Notes under the pieces: generated by a model
Database searches by the model: none
The model's input: the letters and a program-made list of their open reading frames with translations, nothing else
Told to the model about the DNA's origin: nothing
Source: Octopus sinensis
Lineage: Eukaryota
Direction: 5' to 3'
DNA length: 64,000 bases
Assembly: GCF_006345805.1 (NCBI RefSeq)
Contig: NC_042999.1
Location: forward strand, 150,908,001-150,972,000
Position numbers and translations under genes: made by a program
In this document: piece after piece, positions 1 through 11,832 of the stretch
How positions within the stretch are numbered: position 1 is the first letter of the stretch
Layout: each line of letters starts with the position of its first letter

Positions 1-331
1 AATTTCTAATGCGTGAATATGTCTTTGAATTGTTAATATAGGGTACAAGCAAGAACGAATGAACATGCAGTAAAATGCCATTTGAAATAATGTGGAAACC
101 GTTTTTTTTATACACCATATTAGCTTGGTTGTCTTATTTAAAATATTATGTCATCAAAGTTATTTGTTTGGAATTTTTTTCACTGACTTTAAAATTTTGG
201 TCGAAACAAAAAATTCAAATATCAGAAATTCATCCAATTCCTAGCAGAACAGATGTTAAAATAATGCACAGACATGTACATATTTATGTTTATACATAAA
301 AGTAAATGCCTGAGATGAATTGTAGCAAATA

Positions 332-547
332 TCCTTTTCTGCTCTAGGCACAAGGGTCGAAATTTTTTGGGAGTGGGCCAGTTGATTAGATCAACCCCAG
401 TACACAACTAGTACTTAATTTATCGACCCCGAAAGGATGAAAGGCAAAGTCGACCTTGGCAGAATTTGAACTCAGAGCGTAAAGACAGATGAAATACTGC
501 TAAGCATTTTGCCCAGCATGCTAAGATTTCTGCCAGCTCACTGCCTT
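332..547 (-). mobile_element. tRNA-derived SINE, family A (Meta-domain-like core)
   Basis: Reverse complement has the B-box-like GAGTTCAAATTC followed by CAAGGTCGACTTTGCCTTTCATCCTTTCGGGGTCGATAAATTAAGTAC. About 15 related copies occur in the window (e.g. near 14985, 15155, 19250, 19750, 23590-24125, 26865, 30345-30665, 31480, 34320, 44260, 56765, 61330). Confidence 0.85.
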
Positions 548-649
548 TGTTGTAGCAAATATTATAATTGTTTGGGCTGTTAATCTTTAGGAATGGTAAC
601 AGTTGTTACCTCTTTAACTACTACTGTAACCTCTGGCTGCTAAGCATGG

Positions 650-965
650 ACCGTTACCTCAAAGTTGGAAAGAAGCTTGGAAGGAGCCTACACTTGTGTG
701 TTTAGAGTGGCTTTGAATGTCACCTGGAGAGATCGTTATCTGATCAGTGAGCGATTGTATGGAAGCCTTCATCCATTATTAAACATTATCAAAAAGCATA
801 GAGTCAGATTTGTAGGGCATTGCTGGAGAGCTAAAGATAAAATTGTTAGGGAAGTTCTTTTACGGGAACCTACACAAGGGAGAGTTAACAGGGGAAGGAC
901 AAGTGAAAACCAATATCAAGCAGATTTTTGCAATCCCTTTAACCTACTGAATATGATGAACTATT
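650..965 (+). mobile_element. Degraded RTE-like LINE ORF2 C-terminal remnant
   Basis: SLEGAYTCVFRVALNVTW...RVRFVGHCWRAKDKIVREVLL aligns by eye with RLDGTYTRLLMRAQNLSW...RVQFTGHCCRAEKEVISTLLL of the copy at 57113-57790. Confidence 0.75.
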
Positions 966-1182
966 GAATTGGATAGGGACAGGGAGTCAGGGGAATTATT
1001 GATATTACTTAGCCCCCCAACACTTAGTCCTTAGTTACCACTTCCAGTGTTTACTCTGTTATAAGCATACAAGCTAGATCTCTGGTTTGAGGACACTGCC
1101 TTCCATCCCTCCTAACCTTCCTTTTTCCCACCACTCTTGGAGTCTCTAGAATGGGTCATGAGCCTTGCCCTTCCTTCTTGCA

Positions 1183-1420
1183 GGCACATGGCTTAGTGGT
1201 TAGGGCGTTTGACTCATGATTGTATGATTGTGGTTTCAATTCCTGGGCTGGGCAACACGTGTTCTTGAACAAATGACTTCATTTCACATTGTTCCTGTCC
1301 ACTCAGCTGGCAAAAGTGAGCAACCCTGCAATGCAATTGCATTCTGTCCAGGGGGTTAATATATGCACCATGGAAACAAGGGAACTGACCCTATGAATCT
1401 ATATGACTCAGGAAGGATCT
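1183..1420 (+). mobile_element. tRNA-derived SINE, family C (V/CORE-like body)
   Basis: A-box TGGCTTAGTGG, B-box-like GTTTCAATTCC, body TTCTTGAACAA..CATTTCACATTG..CCCTGC..GTCCAGGGG. Sister copies at 27210-27430 and about 35140-35420. Confidence 0.8.
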
Positions 1421-2280
1421 CTACTACTCTATCTTTAACTTCTTTCCTTCCTGGCCAAGTGATTGAAAACATCATCATCATCACCATCATCATCTCAGCT
1501 TTTCCATGATGGCATGAATAGATAGGATGGGATATCACAGTCAAGGATGGTTCTTTTTCAGAGATACTGTCCCCTTTTAGATAGGTTGAAAATGTGTGTC
1601 TTGTTACATGGTGGGTGGCATATCTGGAGTAATTAGGGTGTATAAAAATGTTAAATGTCTGCTAATTATCCTAAGAATTCCCCTTGGAATGTCAGCCTGT
1701 CTGATCATTCATAGTTAAAATAAGAGATTTTAAAAGAATCTTACTACTTGTAAGATCCTTATCATGTCTTTTGGAACCTTGCTACAGATTGCTCTTAGAA
1801 TTTTAGATTCCTAATTAACCATTATTCAGCCTCATTTAAGGATCCCTTCACTACATCAGAGATAACTAGAAGGGAAAACAATAATGAATGAAAGGGTGAT
1901 GGGGGGAGTGAAAGCCAGCGAATGAGAGAGAGAGCACAGAGAAGTGAAGGGTTGAGAGAGGAGGGAAGGAAGTAAAAATTTGTAAGCTTCAAGAGAGAAA
2001 GCATCAGGGCATTGTTCTTTGTTATTCTTTATAGAAAGCCATCATCTGTTTGGAACAAGGCTGATAGTGAACACAAATGTTTATTTAATGTCTACAGAAG
2101 AGTGGGGGGAAGGAGAAGTGGGTAATGGCTAAAAATAACATAGGTACAGTATGCTGGAATTAGCACCCTTGGGCCTAGTACCCTTGAGCCAATCAAAAAG
2201 CCGGCTAAGGGACAATCTTCATAATAATCTTCATTTGTTTTAAGAGGACTGTACCTCAAATTGATTTACAACTACATGTG

Positions 2281-2465
2281 TAGTAGTAGTAGTAGTAGTG
2301 GTGGTGTTGGTGGTGGTAGTGGTGGTAGTAGTAGTAGTGGTGGTGGTAGTAGTGGTAGTGGTGATGGTGGTAGTAATAGTAGAAATAATAGTAGTGGTAG
2401 TGGTGGTGGTGGTAGTAATAGTAGTAGTAGTAGTAGAAATAATAGTACTCGTCATCATAGTAGTG
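2281..2465. repeat. Compound (TAG)/(TGG) trinucleotide microsatellite
   Basis: Direct reading. It produces the poly-T, poly-V and poly-S/G ORFs in the track. Confidence 0.95.
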
Positions 2466-2686
2466 CTGGTGCCATTGATATGGTCATTGTTGTTTTAGTG
2501 TCTATATTCCAGAAGAGTTGCAGGAGATTCTGAAGTCATCTGGAGGCATGGTTGAAGCCAATGGTGATTTTATTAAATAAATTTACACTTTAGTATTTCA
2601 AGGTATTTTTATGTAATTTGGGTAAAATGAGATGTCAATGTTATTTTCATTTTTGCATATTTTAGACGACAATTTATTCACCATAC

Positions 2687-2750
<64 letters not shown>

Positions 2751-2988
2751 CACACACATACAAAATATGGGGGTTTAGTTCACTGATAATCTAAACAATT
2801 AAGTATGCTAGGTAATTACTAGTGCTAGCATGGACAACAGATGTTAAATGATGATGATGATGATGATGAGGAGGATTGTATATTTTCAAAATGACATCGT
2901 TGGGTAAATGTGAGAAGCATGATCTGGCTAGTTTGAACATAAGAAAGGTAAAATGTTTGGACCAGATATGGCCAGTTTAAATTCTAAA

Positions 2989-3475
2989 GAGTTAGATGCC
3001 AAACAGTTAAAAAAGAATGTTTAAATATTATAAAACCATTATATAAATGTTACTAGTGTTGGCTATCATGAAATTAGTCTCTCGTTGTTTATCTCTGTTT
3101 GCAATATTTCTTTTTTATGCCATTCACTATATTTACTGTATAACATGGTTCATGAATTATGGAGATGCACTTGTATAGCATGTAACCTGATCTGAGATTA
3201 TATGCTGAAACAAAAACAATTGCAGCATGAAAGGTGTTTATAAGCCATTTAAAAACATTCAAAAACCATTAGATTCACTTCAACATTTAAATTTAATTTG
3301 TCAAAATGTTGCCGTTGCTTTGAGACCGTGACCTGTTCACTGACAAAATTCTGTGCTCTGTCTGTCTTTATGAATCTATATGAGTTAGATGCCAAACAGT
3401 TAAAAAAGAATGTTTAAATATTATAAAACCATTATATAAATGTTACTAGTGTTGGCTATCATGAAATTAGTCTCT
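2989..3475 (+). repeat. Identical 94-bp direct repeats (2989-3082, 3382-3475) flanking a 299-bp insert
   Basis: GAGTTAGATGCCAAACAG...ATGAAATTAGTCTCT occurs twice with no mismatch. The insert contains a repeat also found at 25745-25975. Confidence 0.95.
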
Positions 3476-3569
3476 ATACTATATTTATACAAAAAGTTAC
3501 TTTAGACAAAAGTTCTTTAGACCATAATGCATTAAAGCAAAGTGTTTTAGACGAAAAGTCTTAGATCCA

Positions 3570-3604
<35 letters not shown>

Positions 3605-3629
3605 ATTTATGTATGTATGTATGTATGTA

Positions 3630-3855
3630 AGTACTCTGACCACATTTAAGCCCAGGATCAAGAATGCTGGAGTTCCATCATCAAAGAGGGACTAACAATT
3701 TTTAGGACCAGTAGGACTGTCAAGCAAAAAGATAAGAGGTGGCACAAAAAAGATAGACAAGAACGACCTTCTATCCATCACCACTTGTCCCACTTGTGGA
3801 AGGAACTTCTGAGCCAAGAATTGAGCTCATCAGTCACCTCCGTATCCAACAATAA
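3630..3855 (+). mobile_element. RTE-BovB-like LINE 3' remnant with terminal C2H2 finger
   Basis: Translates, with one stop and one frameshift, to TTCPTCGRNF*A-RIELISHLRIQ, matching the CPxCGRxFRARIGLxSHLRTH end of BovB-type ORF2. Confidence 0.75.
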
Positions 3856-4134
3856 TGATAAGCAAAAAATATTTAAAAAAACCTTCATCCTTAACCTTGA
3901 GAGATAGATTGGCCTTGTCCACTCTGCATTGTTGTAAAAGTGCTTTGTGTATGTATTTAGACACAGGCATAAACATATCTATGGATTGTATGTATATTAT
4001 GTACACACATACACACACACACGCATTTACCTATCTGCCTACCTATCTATCTGTCTGTCTGTTTATTTATCTATCTATCTCTGTCAAACTATCCATCTAT
4101 TCATCCATCCATTCATCTCTCTCTCTCCCTCCCT

Positions 4135-4185
<51 letters not shown>

Positions 4186-4534
4186 GGTAAATCTTTTACT
4201 TCTAGGTGTTAAGATGCCTTTATTCTTTGGAGTTGTCTTCTGTTTTCTCCATTACTTTTTCGTTTTTTCACTGTTTTCTATTTACTTCTGTAAATGACAA
4301 GATGTGTGTTTCGGTACATGGCATATATGTATAAACACACACACACACACACACACGTGTATGTGTGTAGAATATTTGATAAAGCTGTGGAGGTCTAGTT
4401 ACTTGCTCCTGTTGAGAATGACATTTTAATTCTTTCCTTTATAATACTTATGAATATATAAAGACATGTATATAGATGTGTATATAGAGTGTATATGTGA
4501 ATGTATACTGACAACATAAAGGATTCTTTAACCC

Positions 4535-4890
4535 TTTAGCATTTCAATCATTCGACTGCCACCATGCTGGAGCACAGCCTTGAAAGAATCTTAGTTGAAT
4601 TAGTACATATTGTATTGGTGTCAATTGCTTACGGGGATGTAAACACACCAACACCAGTTGTCAAACAGTGGTGGTGGGGGGCCAACACAGATGCAAAAAC
4701 TTACATACACACACACACACACACACAGACAACAGGCTTCTTTCAGTTTTCATCTACCAAATCCATTTACAAGTCTTTGGTTGGCCTGAGTCTACAGTAG
4801 AAGACACTTCCCCAAGGTGCCATACAGTGGGACTGAACCCAGAACCATATGATTGGAAAGCAAACTTATGACACAGCCATTCCTACGCCT
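4535..4890 (-). mobile_element. tRNA-derived SINE, family B (CORE-like, internal AC/TA microsatellite)
   Basis: Reverse complement has GGGTTCAGTCCCAC, CACCTTGGG(A)AAGTGTCTTCTAC, GAAAACTGAAAGAAGCC and a tail ending CCAGCATGG..CAGTC. More than 25 copies in the window. Confidence 0.85.
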
Positions 4891-4942
4891 GTCAACATTA
4901 ACAATGACAAAATCAATTTACCCATTTTTTCACTGTTTTCAG

Positions 4943-4960
4943 AATGAATTGAAACAAAAG
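4943..4960 (+). CDS. Candidate 18-nt microexon (NELKQK) of an unidentified gene
   Basis: Acceptor TTTTTTCACTGTTTTCAG, donor AAG|GTGTGT, phase 0-0 open. No homology assigned. Confidence 0.25.
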
Positions 4961-6084
4961 GTGTGTCCTTCAATGGAAATGTCATAAGGAAAGGATTAAG
5001 GGCTTCTGTTCAATTTTTTTTTTTTTTTGTCGGCTCAAGAGTTACCCAATTTATTCTAGTTGTTTATTCCTTTTGTCTCTCCTCTACTCTTGCTTTATTG
5101 TCCTCTACACTTCATCCTCTTTCCTTCAACCCATCTCCCTTCTATTCCACCCCCCTTTCTTACCATTGCTTAATCCAGTCATGTGACCTCTTCACCTCTC
5201 TATCTATATCATTAAGTTCAAATGAATTATGAGAAGACATTGTCCACCAACTTGTTCTTAATCTTCCTTTCTCAAGAGCAGCTTTCATCTCTTTTCCTTC
5301 CTTCCTTCTCTCTTTCAGTCAATCTTTTTTCTTTCTCTCTTTCTCCTCATGTTTTACTTTACCCCCTCTATTTCTCTCACACCTACTTCTCTACCTTTCT
5401 CTTTCATTCATTAGGTACTTTGTTACACTCTCATGTTTTTGTAGGAGATGATGATATCATTTCTAGCAGATTGAACGACTGCATTAAGGTTCCCTCAGCA
5501 GCATATTTGAGTGTATTTCAGGGGGTCATTTGTTGTAGAAGGAAATTCCTAGTGGTTTGTCATTTGGCTCTCGAAGGAATTTAAGAGTTCTTTATGGAAG
5601 ACAAAGTTTAAAGGAAGGAAAAAAAAGTAAAGAAATACAGCTATAAATAAAAAATAATCATCATCATCCTTTAACGTCTACTTTCCATGCTTACATGGGT
5701 CAGATGGAAACTGTTGAATCAGATATCCTACAGTCGGATGCCCTTCCTGTCACCAACACTCATCTGTTTCCAAGCAAGGTAATATTTCCCCATGGCCAGA
5801 CATGTTTTTCACGGACTAATAGAAACAAAAAAAAAATCACTTGTATGGTAGTGATGATAGCTTAAAATAATCACATAATGTAACGACAAGGGTACATGCA
5901 GACACACATGCATGCATGCATACATCACCTTTCTGTAACTTGGGGGCATATCCTGACTCAGCTTCACTACCATCTTTCTCTTGAAACAGAGGTAACAAAA
6001 TATCCCACTGATGATAAGACATCTGTTCTGATCCCTCTATATAATGGTTTAACCTCTCATCACCTGACATAAAGCCACCTCCCT

Positions 6085-6345
6085 CAGTACTATTGTTCCT
6101 CCTCAATTGAGGGAGTGTTGTCTTGCAAGTCACTAGTGCCAGTATCACATAAAATGCACCTGATTTGCTCTGTAAAGTGGTTTGCATTAGGAAAGGCTTC
6201 CGGCTATAGAAACCATGCCAAAGCCAACGTTGGAGCCAGATGCAGTCCTCTGGTTCACCAGGTTCTGTTGAACCATCTGATCCATGCCAGCATGGCAAAT
6301 GGATGTTAAATGATGACGATGGTGATGATGATGATGATGATGACT
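6085..6345 (+). mobile_element. RTE 3'-UTR-derived non-autonomous retroelement (family D) with (ATG)n tail
   Basis: Resembles the 3' end of the RTE at 53740-53921 (TTAGGAAAGGC..CCATGCCAGCATGG..GGATGTTAAATGATGACGATG). About 14 copies occur in the window. Confidence 0.8.
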
Positions 6346-8219
6346 GTTTATCTTTTATCTTTTACTTGTTTCAGTCATTAGACTGTGGCCATGCTGTGGC
6401 ATCACCTTGAAGGGTTTTTAGTTGATTGAATCAATCTTGGTACTTATTCTATCAGTCTATTTTGCTGAACTGTTGAGTTACAGGAATGTAAATATACCAA
6501 CACAGGTTGTTAAGTAGTGGTAGGGGATAAACACAAGCATATACACATGCATAAACACACACACAAACACACATGCAACGGGCTTCTTTCAGTTTCCATC
6601 TACCAAATCCACTCATGAGGCTTTGGTCATCCTGCAGCTGAAACACACTTGTTCAGAGTGCCATGCAGTGGGACTGAACCTGGAATCATGTGGTTGGGAA
6701 GCAAGCTTCTTACCACAGAGCCATGCGTGCATATGATGATATGTATATAGACTGAACCCAAGACCACTTGGTTGGGAAGCAAGCTTCTTAACCACCCAGC
6801 CATGCCTACACCTGTACTATCTTACATAAAAGAAACAAAAATGATTGAGAGAGAGAGAGAAGAGAGATACGAAGTAAAGTGAAAGAAGTTTCAACCAATG
6901 AAATTTCTTGTTTCAAGTTCTCTTTAAGCAAAGATAAAAGTAGAATAAAGAAGACTTGGTGAGAGAGGGAGAAGGAGGGAGGGAGAGCAGTGGAAAGTTG
7001 AGACAAACCAGAGAAAGATTCTTCTAATGTGTTTACAATGAATGTTATCACTCTAAAATGGACCTGGCACCACAATCAATGTCCTTCCTTTTCTTTTCTT
7101 TTGTTCTTTCTTTGTTTTTGTTTCTTTTCTTTTTCCTGTAGCTTAAGTGGAATTATTAACAAATAAAGGAGTTGTGTTTGCACTGACCTATCAGGTTTTC
7201 TCTCTGATGCATGTATCATGTGCACACTTACAAACACATGCACACACACACATACATAAACATCAACATATATACAAACACATACACATGCTCTTTCACA
7301 TATGCACACACACACACACACACACACACACAGATATAACAAATTTCAACCAAATTTCTATCTCCCAAATTTCGCTATCAAGGCATCAGTTACTCTGAGA
7401 CTATTGTAGATAACCCTTTTCCAAGGTGCTGTATTGTGAAACTGAACCTACAACAAGGTGGTTGTGAAGTGAATTTCTTATCCATGCAGCCATCCATGCT
7501 CCTCTGTCTATCTTATGTTATAAAAATTTGTTAATTAAGATAAGTTCAGATCTTTCTTCGCTGCAAGTGCTCTTATCAGTATCTCGCTTTAACAAATATT
7601 TTTAAAGCCTTTTATTTGTGTTTGTGGTTAATGCAGATAATCACTCATTACTTTGGATTTTCAATTAATTTTATCTCTCGTCATCCTCATAGTTTAACAT
7701 GCTGGTATGTGTTGTTTTCACAGAAGCAGGCAAACCAGAAGACTGCACCAGACTCTACTGTCTGTTTTAGCATGGTTTTTATAGCTGGATGCCCTTCCTA
7801 ATACCAACCAATTTACAGAGTGAACTGGGTGCATTTTATGTGGAACTGGCACAAATGAGGTTACCAAATAATTCACAAGACAGGGTCCCTCAACTGAATG
7901 GGGTGGTGTTGAGGGAGGTGGCTTTGTGTCGAGAGGCTAAAGTATTATGGTAGATAGACAGAAACAAGGGTCTTGAGTAGAGAAGGCAGAAGACACATCT
8001 GGTTGGAAATAAATAAATAATTTCCAGAGAGAAAAGAGGGCATTACGAAAATAACAATGGGATAGTTTTTAAGTTAATGAAGAGCCAATGGACAGGCCTG
8101 TCTAGATTGGCAAGATTGATTAATGAAAAGGTGGGTGGTGCTGATGGCTGGACATGAACATCTGAAACTTAGTACCTGCTGTGTGTGGGATGTAGGAATG
8201 TGGGTGGAGATGAAGAAGG

Positions 8220-8580
8220 ATTAGGGATTTGATAGGGTTGTCTGGCCTTTCAACAACCTTAATGCTTAGCTTAAGTTTGTCTAGGGCCCTTCTAAAGCTG
8301 TATGCCAGTTCGCCTCTAGGAGTGGGGTCCACGAGCATGACACTTTGGTATTTATGGCTATCATACTAAGAGTTGGCCTTCCCTATTTTCTTCTTAGTTC
8401 TTTCAATAGTGTTCCATGACTTGCTCCTATAAAGTGGGCAAATCGCATTCCTATCATTACGTATGATAGTATCAAATTTCTTCATGGCTCTTTTGTTTAC
8501 TCTGATCCTTTCATTATGGCTGTAACCTGAGAACTGCATGCGGTGAACAAAATGTTGTATGTGTCTCTTTAACTCTCTTT
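8220..8580 (-). mobile_element. Penelope-like element remnant (RT thumb/linker, Neptune-like)
   Basis: FVHRMQFSGYSHNERIRV...CPLYRSKSW then YQSVMLVDPTPRGELAYSFRRALDKLKLSIKVVERP. These match the SGY, PLYR, VxPTPxGELA and IKVVER motifs of PLE ORFs. Broken by a frameshift or stop. Confidence 0.75.
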
Positions 8581-8589
8581 GTGTTTTCA

Positions 8590-8950
8590 TGTTTGGATTC
8601 CCAACCACATTGTTCCGGGTTCAGTCCCACAGCGTGGCGCCTTGGGCAAGTGTCTTCTACTATAGACCAAAGCCATGAGAGTGCATTTGGTAGACTGAAA
8701 CTGAAAGAAGCCCATCCTATATATATGTGTGTGTTTGTGTGTGTATGTTTGTGTGTCTGTGTTAGTCTCCCCTCAACATCGCTTGACAACCGATGCTGGT
8801 GTGTTTACATACCTGTAACTTAGCAGTTCAGCAAAAGAGACCGATAGAATAAGCACTAGGCTAACAAGGAATAAGTCCTGTACTTGATTTGCTCCACTAA
8901 AGGCAGTGCTCCAGCATGGCCGTGGTCAAGTGACTGAAACAAGTAAAAGA
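8590..8950 (+). mobile_element. SINE family B copy abutting the Penelope-like remnant
   Basis: CCGGGTTCAGTCCCACAGCGTGGCGCCTTGGGCAAGTGTC through AGGCAGTGCTCCAGCATGGCCG..GACTGAAACAAGTAAAAGA. Confidence 0.85.
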
Positions 8951-9538
8951 ATAACACGCACATATATATACACATGCGTTCCTTTCCTCTCTCATCTTAC
9001 CACAAACTTTTTTATACATACATTTATATATACACATAACTCTATCCATATGTTTATATGCATATACACACATAACAAAAAAAGAAAAATATGTATGAGA
9101 CACAGAATCACCCACACAGATAAAGCCACAAATACACTCCCTGCTGTGTATAGATTTACTGCTCCTGTCCCCTTCTCCTCACTTATGGAGAGAAAATTGT
9201 AGACTGCACCCCCATCCCTTTGTGAAGTGGATGAAGATGGCTGTGACTGTCCATTGATATAATTTTACCATATGTGATAATGGAAGGAGGCAAGGCAGCA
9301 CATGCAGGGGGGGGGTGTAGGTATGTGTGGAGGAGGGAATGAGTGGTTGTGTGTGTATTTGTGTAAATATGTGCCAAGTGCCTCTTTATAGCCCCAAGCC
9401 AAAGAAAATTTTGTATAGGATGGAAACTGAAAGAAGTCTGTCGTGTTTGTGTGTGTGTGTGTGTGTGTGGTGTGTGTGTGTCTATCTATCTATCTACCTG
9501 TCTGTCTGTCTATCTATCTATATACATATTTTAAAAAT

Positions 9539-9693
9539 GGGGAAGGCTGGTTTATGAGATTTACCTTAGGTTTCCCATCCATAAAGGTTGTCCCAATAGG
9601 TTTTGGGCCCTACAGGTTTTGGGATCTAATCATATGTCATAAAGTTAAGTCCTTTATGGAGGGGAACCTAAGGTACATAAACTGGCCTTCCCT
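9539..9693. mobile_element. MITE with about 45-bp imperfect terminal inverted repeats
   Basis: Left arm GGAAGGCTGGTTTATG..TACCTTAGGTTTCCCATCCATAAAGG versus right arm CCTTTATGGAGGGGAACCTAAGGTACATAAACTGGCCTTCC. Confidence 0.75.
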
Positions 9694-9780
9694 ATTTTTA
9701 ACACAAATATACTACTCTATGTCTTAGAGTGTACTTCTTCTTTTGGATTTGTTTTTTCACAGATGATATATATATATATA

Positions 9781-9965
9781 TAATCAATATTATAATTAAG
9801 TGTCTCTAAAAGATACCAACATGTTAGAAATAGCAGTCAAAACTTGACTCTAAAACCATTCTTAGATACCCTTAATTATAATTTTAATAATTGATACCTA
9901 TAAGGTTTTTATTCCCATGCTGGCCACTTGATATGATTGGTATTTTAAATAATGATCTTTTGCTT
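9781..9965 (-). mobile_element. Short (TA)n-flanked element of the hammerhead-associated group; no ribozyme core in this copy
   Basis: Reverse complement has ATCAAGTGGCCAGC near the 5' end and TGGTTTTAGAGTCAAGTTTTGACTGCTATTTCTAACATG near the 3' end, which resembles 63831-63870. Confidence 0.55.
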
Positions 9966-10149
9966 ATATATATATAAGTGTTGGTGTGTTTACATCCCCG
10001 AAATCTGGTGGTTCAGCAAAAGAGATCGATAGAATAAATATCAGGTATTCAAAAAAATATATACTGGGTTTGCTTCATTCAACTAAAATTTCTTCAAAAG
10101 TTATGCCAAAGTCTAATGACTGAAACGGGTAAAAAATAAAAGAAAAAGG

Positions 10150-10720
10150 TGTGTTAACTTGAATGTGTGTGTGTGTTAAAGGATGAGTGTGTTTGGGTGT
10201 ATATGTGTTTGTGTGCTTGTATGTATATGTGAGAAAGTAATGGACAAAGGATTACATACATACAAACACATAACAGATGTATGGCAGTGTGTGTATGTGT
10301 ATGAAAGTGTGTGTAATAAGGTAACAGGGAAAGGAATGTATGTGTGTGTGTGTACATACATATACATATATATATGTGTATAAATGTGTATTCATATGTG
10401 TTTGTGTACATATATATATATATATTTATATGTATGTATGTGTGTGTATGTATGTATATATACGTATTTACACACGTACATATATATTTGTGTATATATA
10501 TATATGTGTGTGTGTATGTATATATATATATATACGTATTTACACATGTACATATATATTTGTGTATATATATATGTGTATGTGTATATATATACATGTG
10601 TATGTATGTATGCATATATGAGTCTATATATGTGTGTGTATGTATATATATATGTGTGTGTGTGTATATATATAAAGGATTTTTGTTGGTGTATGTTTAC
10701 ACAAAGTGCGTGTGTGAGTA
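10150..10720. repeat. Compound (TG)/(TA) microsatellite with a higher-order duplication of about 68 bp
   Basis: Direct reading. TATATACGTATTTACACA(C/T)GTACATATATATTTGTG occurs twice. Confidence 0.9.
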
Positions 10721-11303
10721 GTAGCAAAAGAGGGTAGTGGGAGGAGCGAAGAGAGACCCCGATACCTTCCATATGGACACAATATGTAGCACGACATAGG
10801 AGATGGGCCATAGGATAATTCTGTTCCTTAAAGTTGTTTACAGAAGATGGTTTTTCAGTCACAGATGGCTAACAGAGTGAGAAGTGATGGTTGTGGTGGT
10901 GGATGCAAGGGAGGAGGTGGCTATTGAAATAGGATGAGCAGGGAGAGTAGAGTGGATTACTGGAGATTTGACCACCGTGGAATTGGAGCTGGTTTCAATA
11001 TGGAAAGTTTACAAAATCACCTAAAATACTTGAAGAATGCTTATAAAAATACTCTTCCCCACCACCATCACTACCATCATCATCATCTTATTTTCTAGAA
11101 CTTCAGCAGACAAATAGAAGGATGCATTAAAATTCCAGAAATCATCATCATCATCATCTTCCCTATTCTTCTTTTTCTTCTTCTTGCAATGCCATGCATA
11201 TGGCATTGTTTTGTTTAAGTGATCTTCATATATTTAATTTGCAGCAGCAATGGGATAAGGAGTGTGGGTCACAATGCTTCTCCTTTCTAGCTGTGAGCCT
11301 CAT

Positions 11304-11639
11304 GGAAGCAAAGTGGCTGAGTTCCTCTCAAGTGTTGAGCCTGATGGAGGCAAAGTGGCTGAGTTCCTTTTGAGTGTTGGGCCTGATGGAGGCAAAGTGG
11401 CTGAGTTCCTTATGAGCGTTGAGCCTGATGGAAGAAAAGTGGCTGAGTTCTTTTTGAGTGTTAGGCCTCATGGAGGCAAAGTGGCTGAGTTCCTCTCAAG
11501 CATTGGGCCTGATGGAGACAAAGTGGCTGAGTTCCTTTTGAGTGTTGGGCCTCAGGGAGGCAAAGTGGCTGAATTCCTTTTGAGTGTTAGGCTTCACGGA
11601 GGCAAAGTGGCTGAGTTCCTTTTGAGTGTTGGGCCTCAC
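11304..11639 (+). repeat. Minisatellite, 8 x 42 bp, open frame (GGKVAEFLLSVGPD)n, fused to an RTE 3' end
   Basis: Units start at 11304, 11346, 11388, 11430, 11472, 11514, 11556 and 11598 with no indels. They are followed by SDQDLWHYVMLEKKTRQGK*, compared with RTE SDRDLWKYSVREKTRQDK*. Confidence 0.9.
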
Positions 11640-11832
11640 GGAGGCAGTGACCAAGACCTTTGGCATTATGTCATGCTTGAGAAGAAGACCCGTCAAGGCA
11701 AGTAAAATCACAGTCACATTGCTCTGCGATCATTTTGTCATCTGACATGTGGGACCCCTTGCACCTGTACAGGTAATATCGATTTGATGGAGAGAGTGAT
11801 CTTATATGTACACAAACATTTGATCACTTTGT

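Noticed and set aside
7693-7704. 12-nt microexon with a CTG|GTATGT donor
   Set aside because: It lies inside a degraded family D retroelement end, so the signals are repeat-derived.
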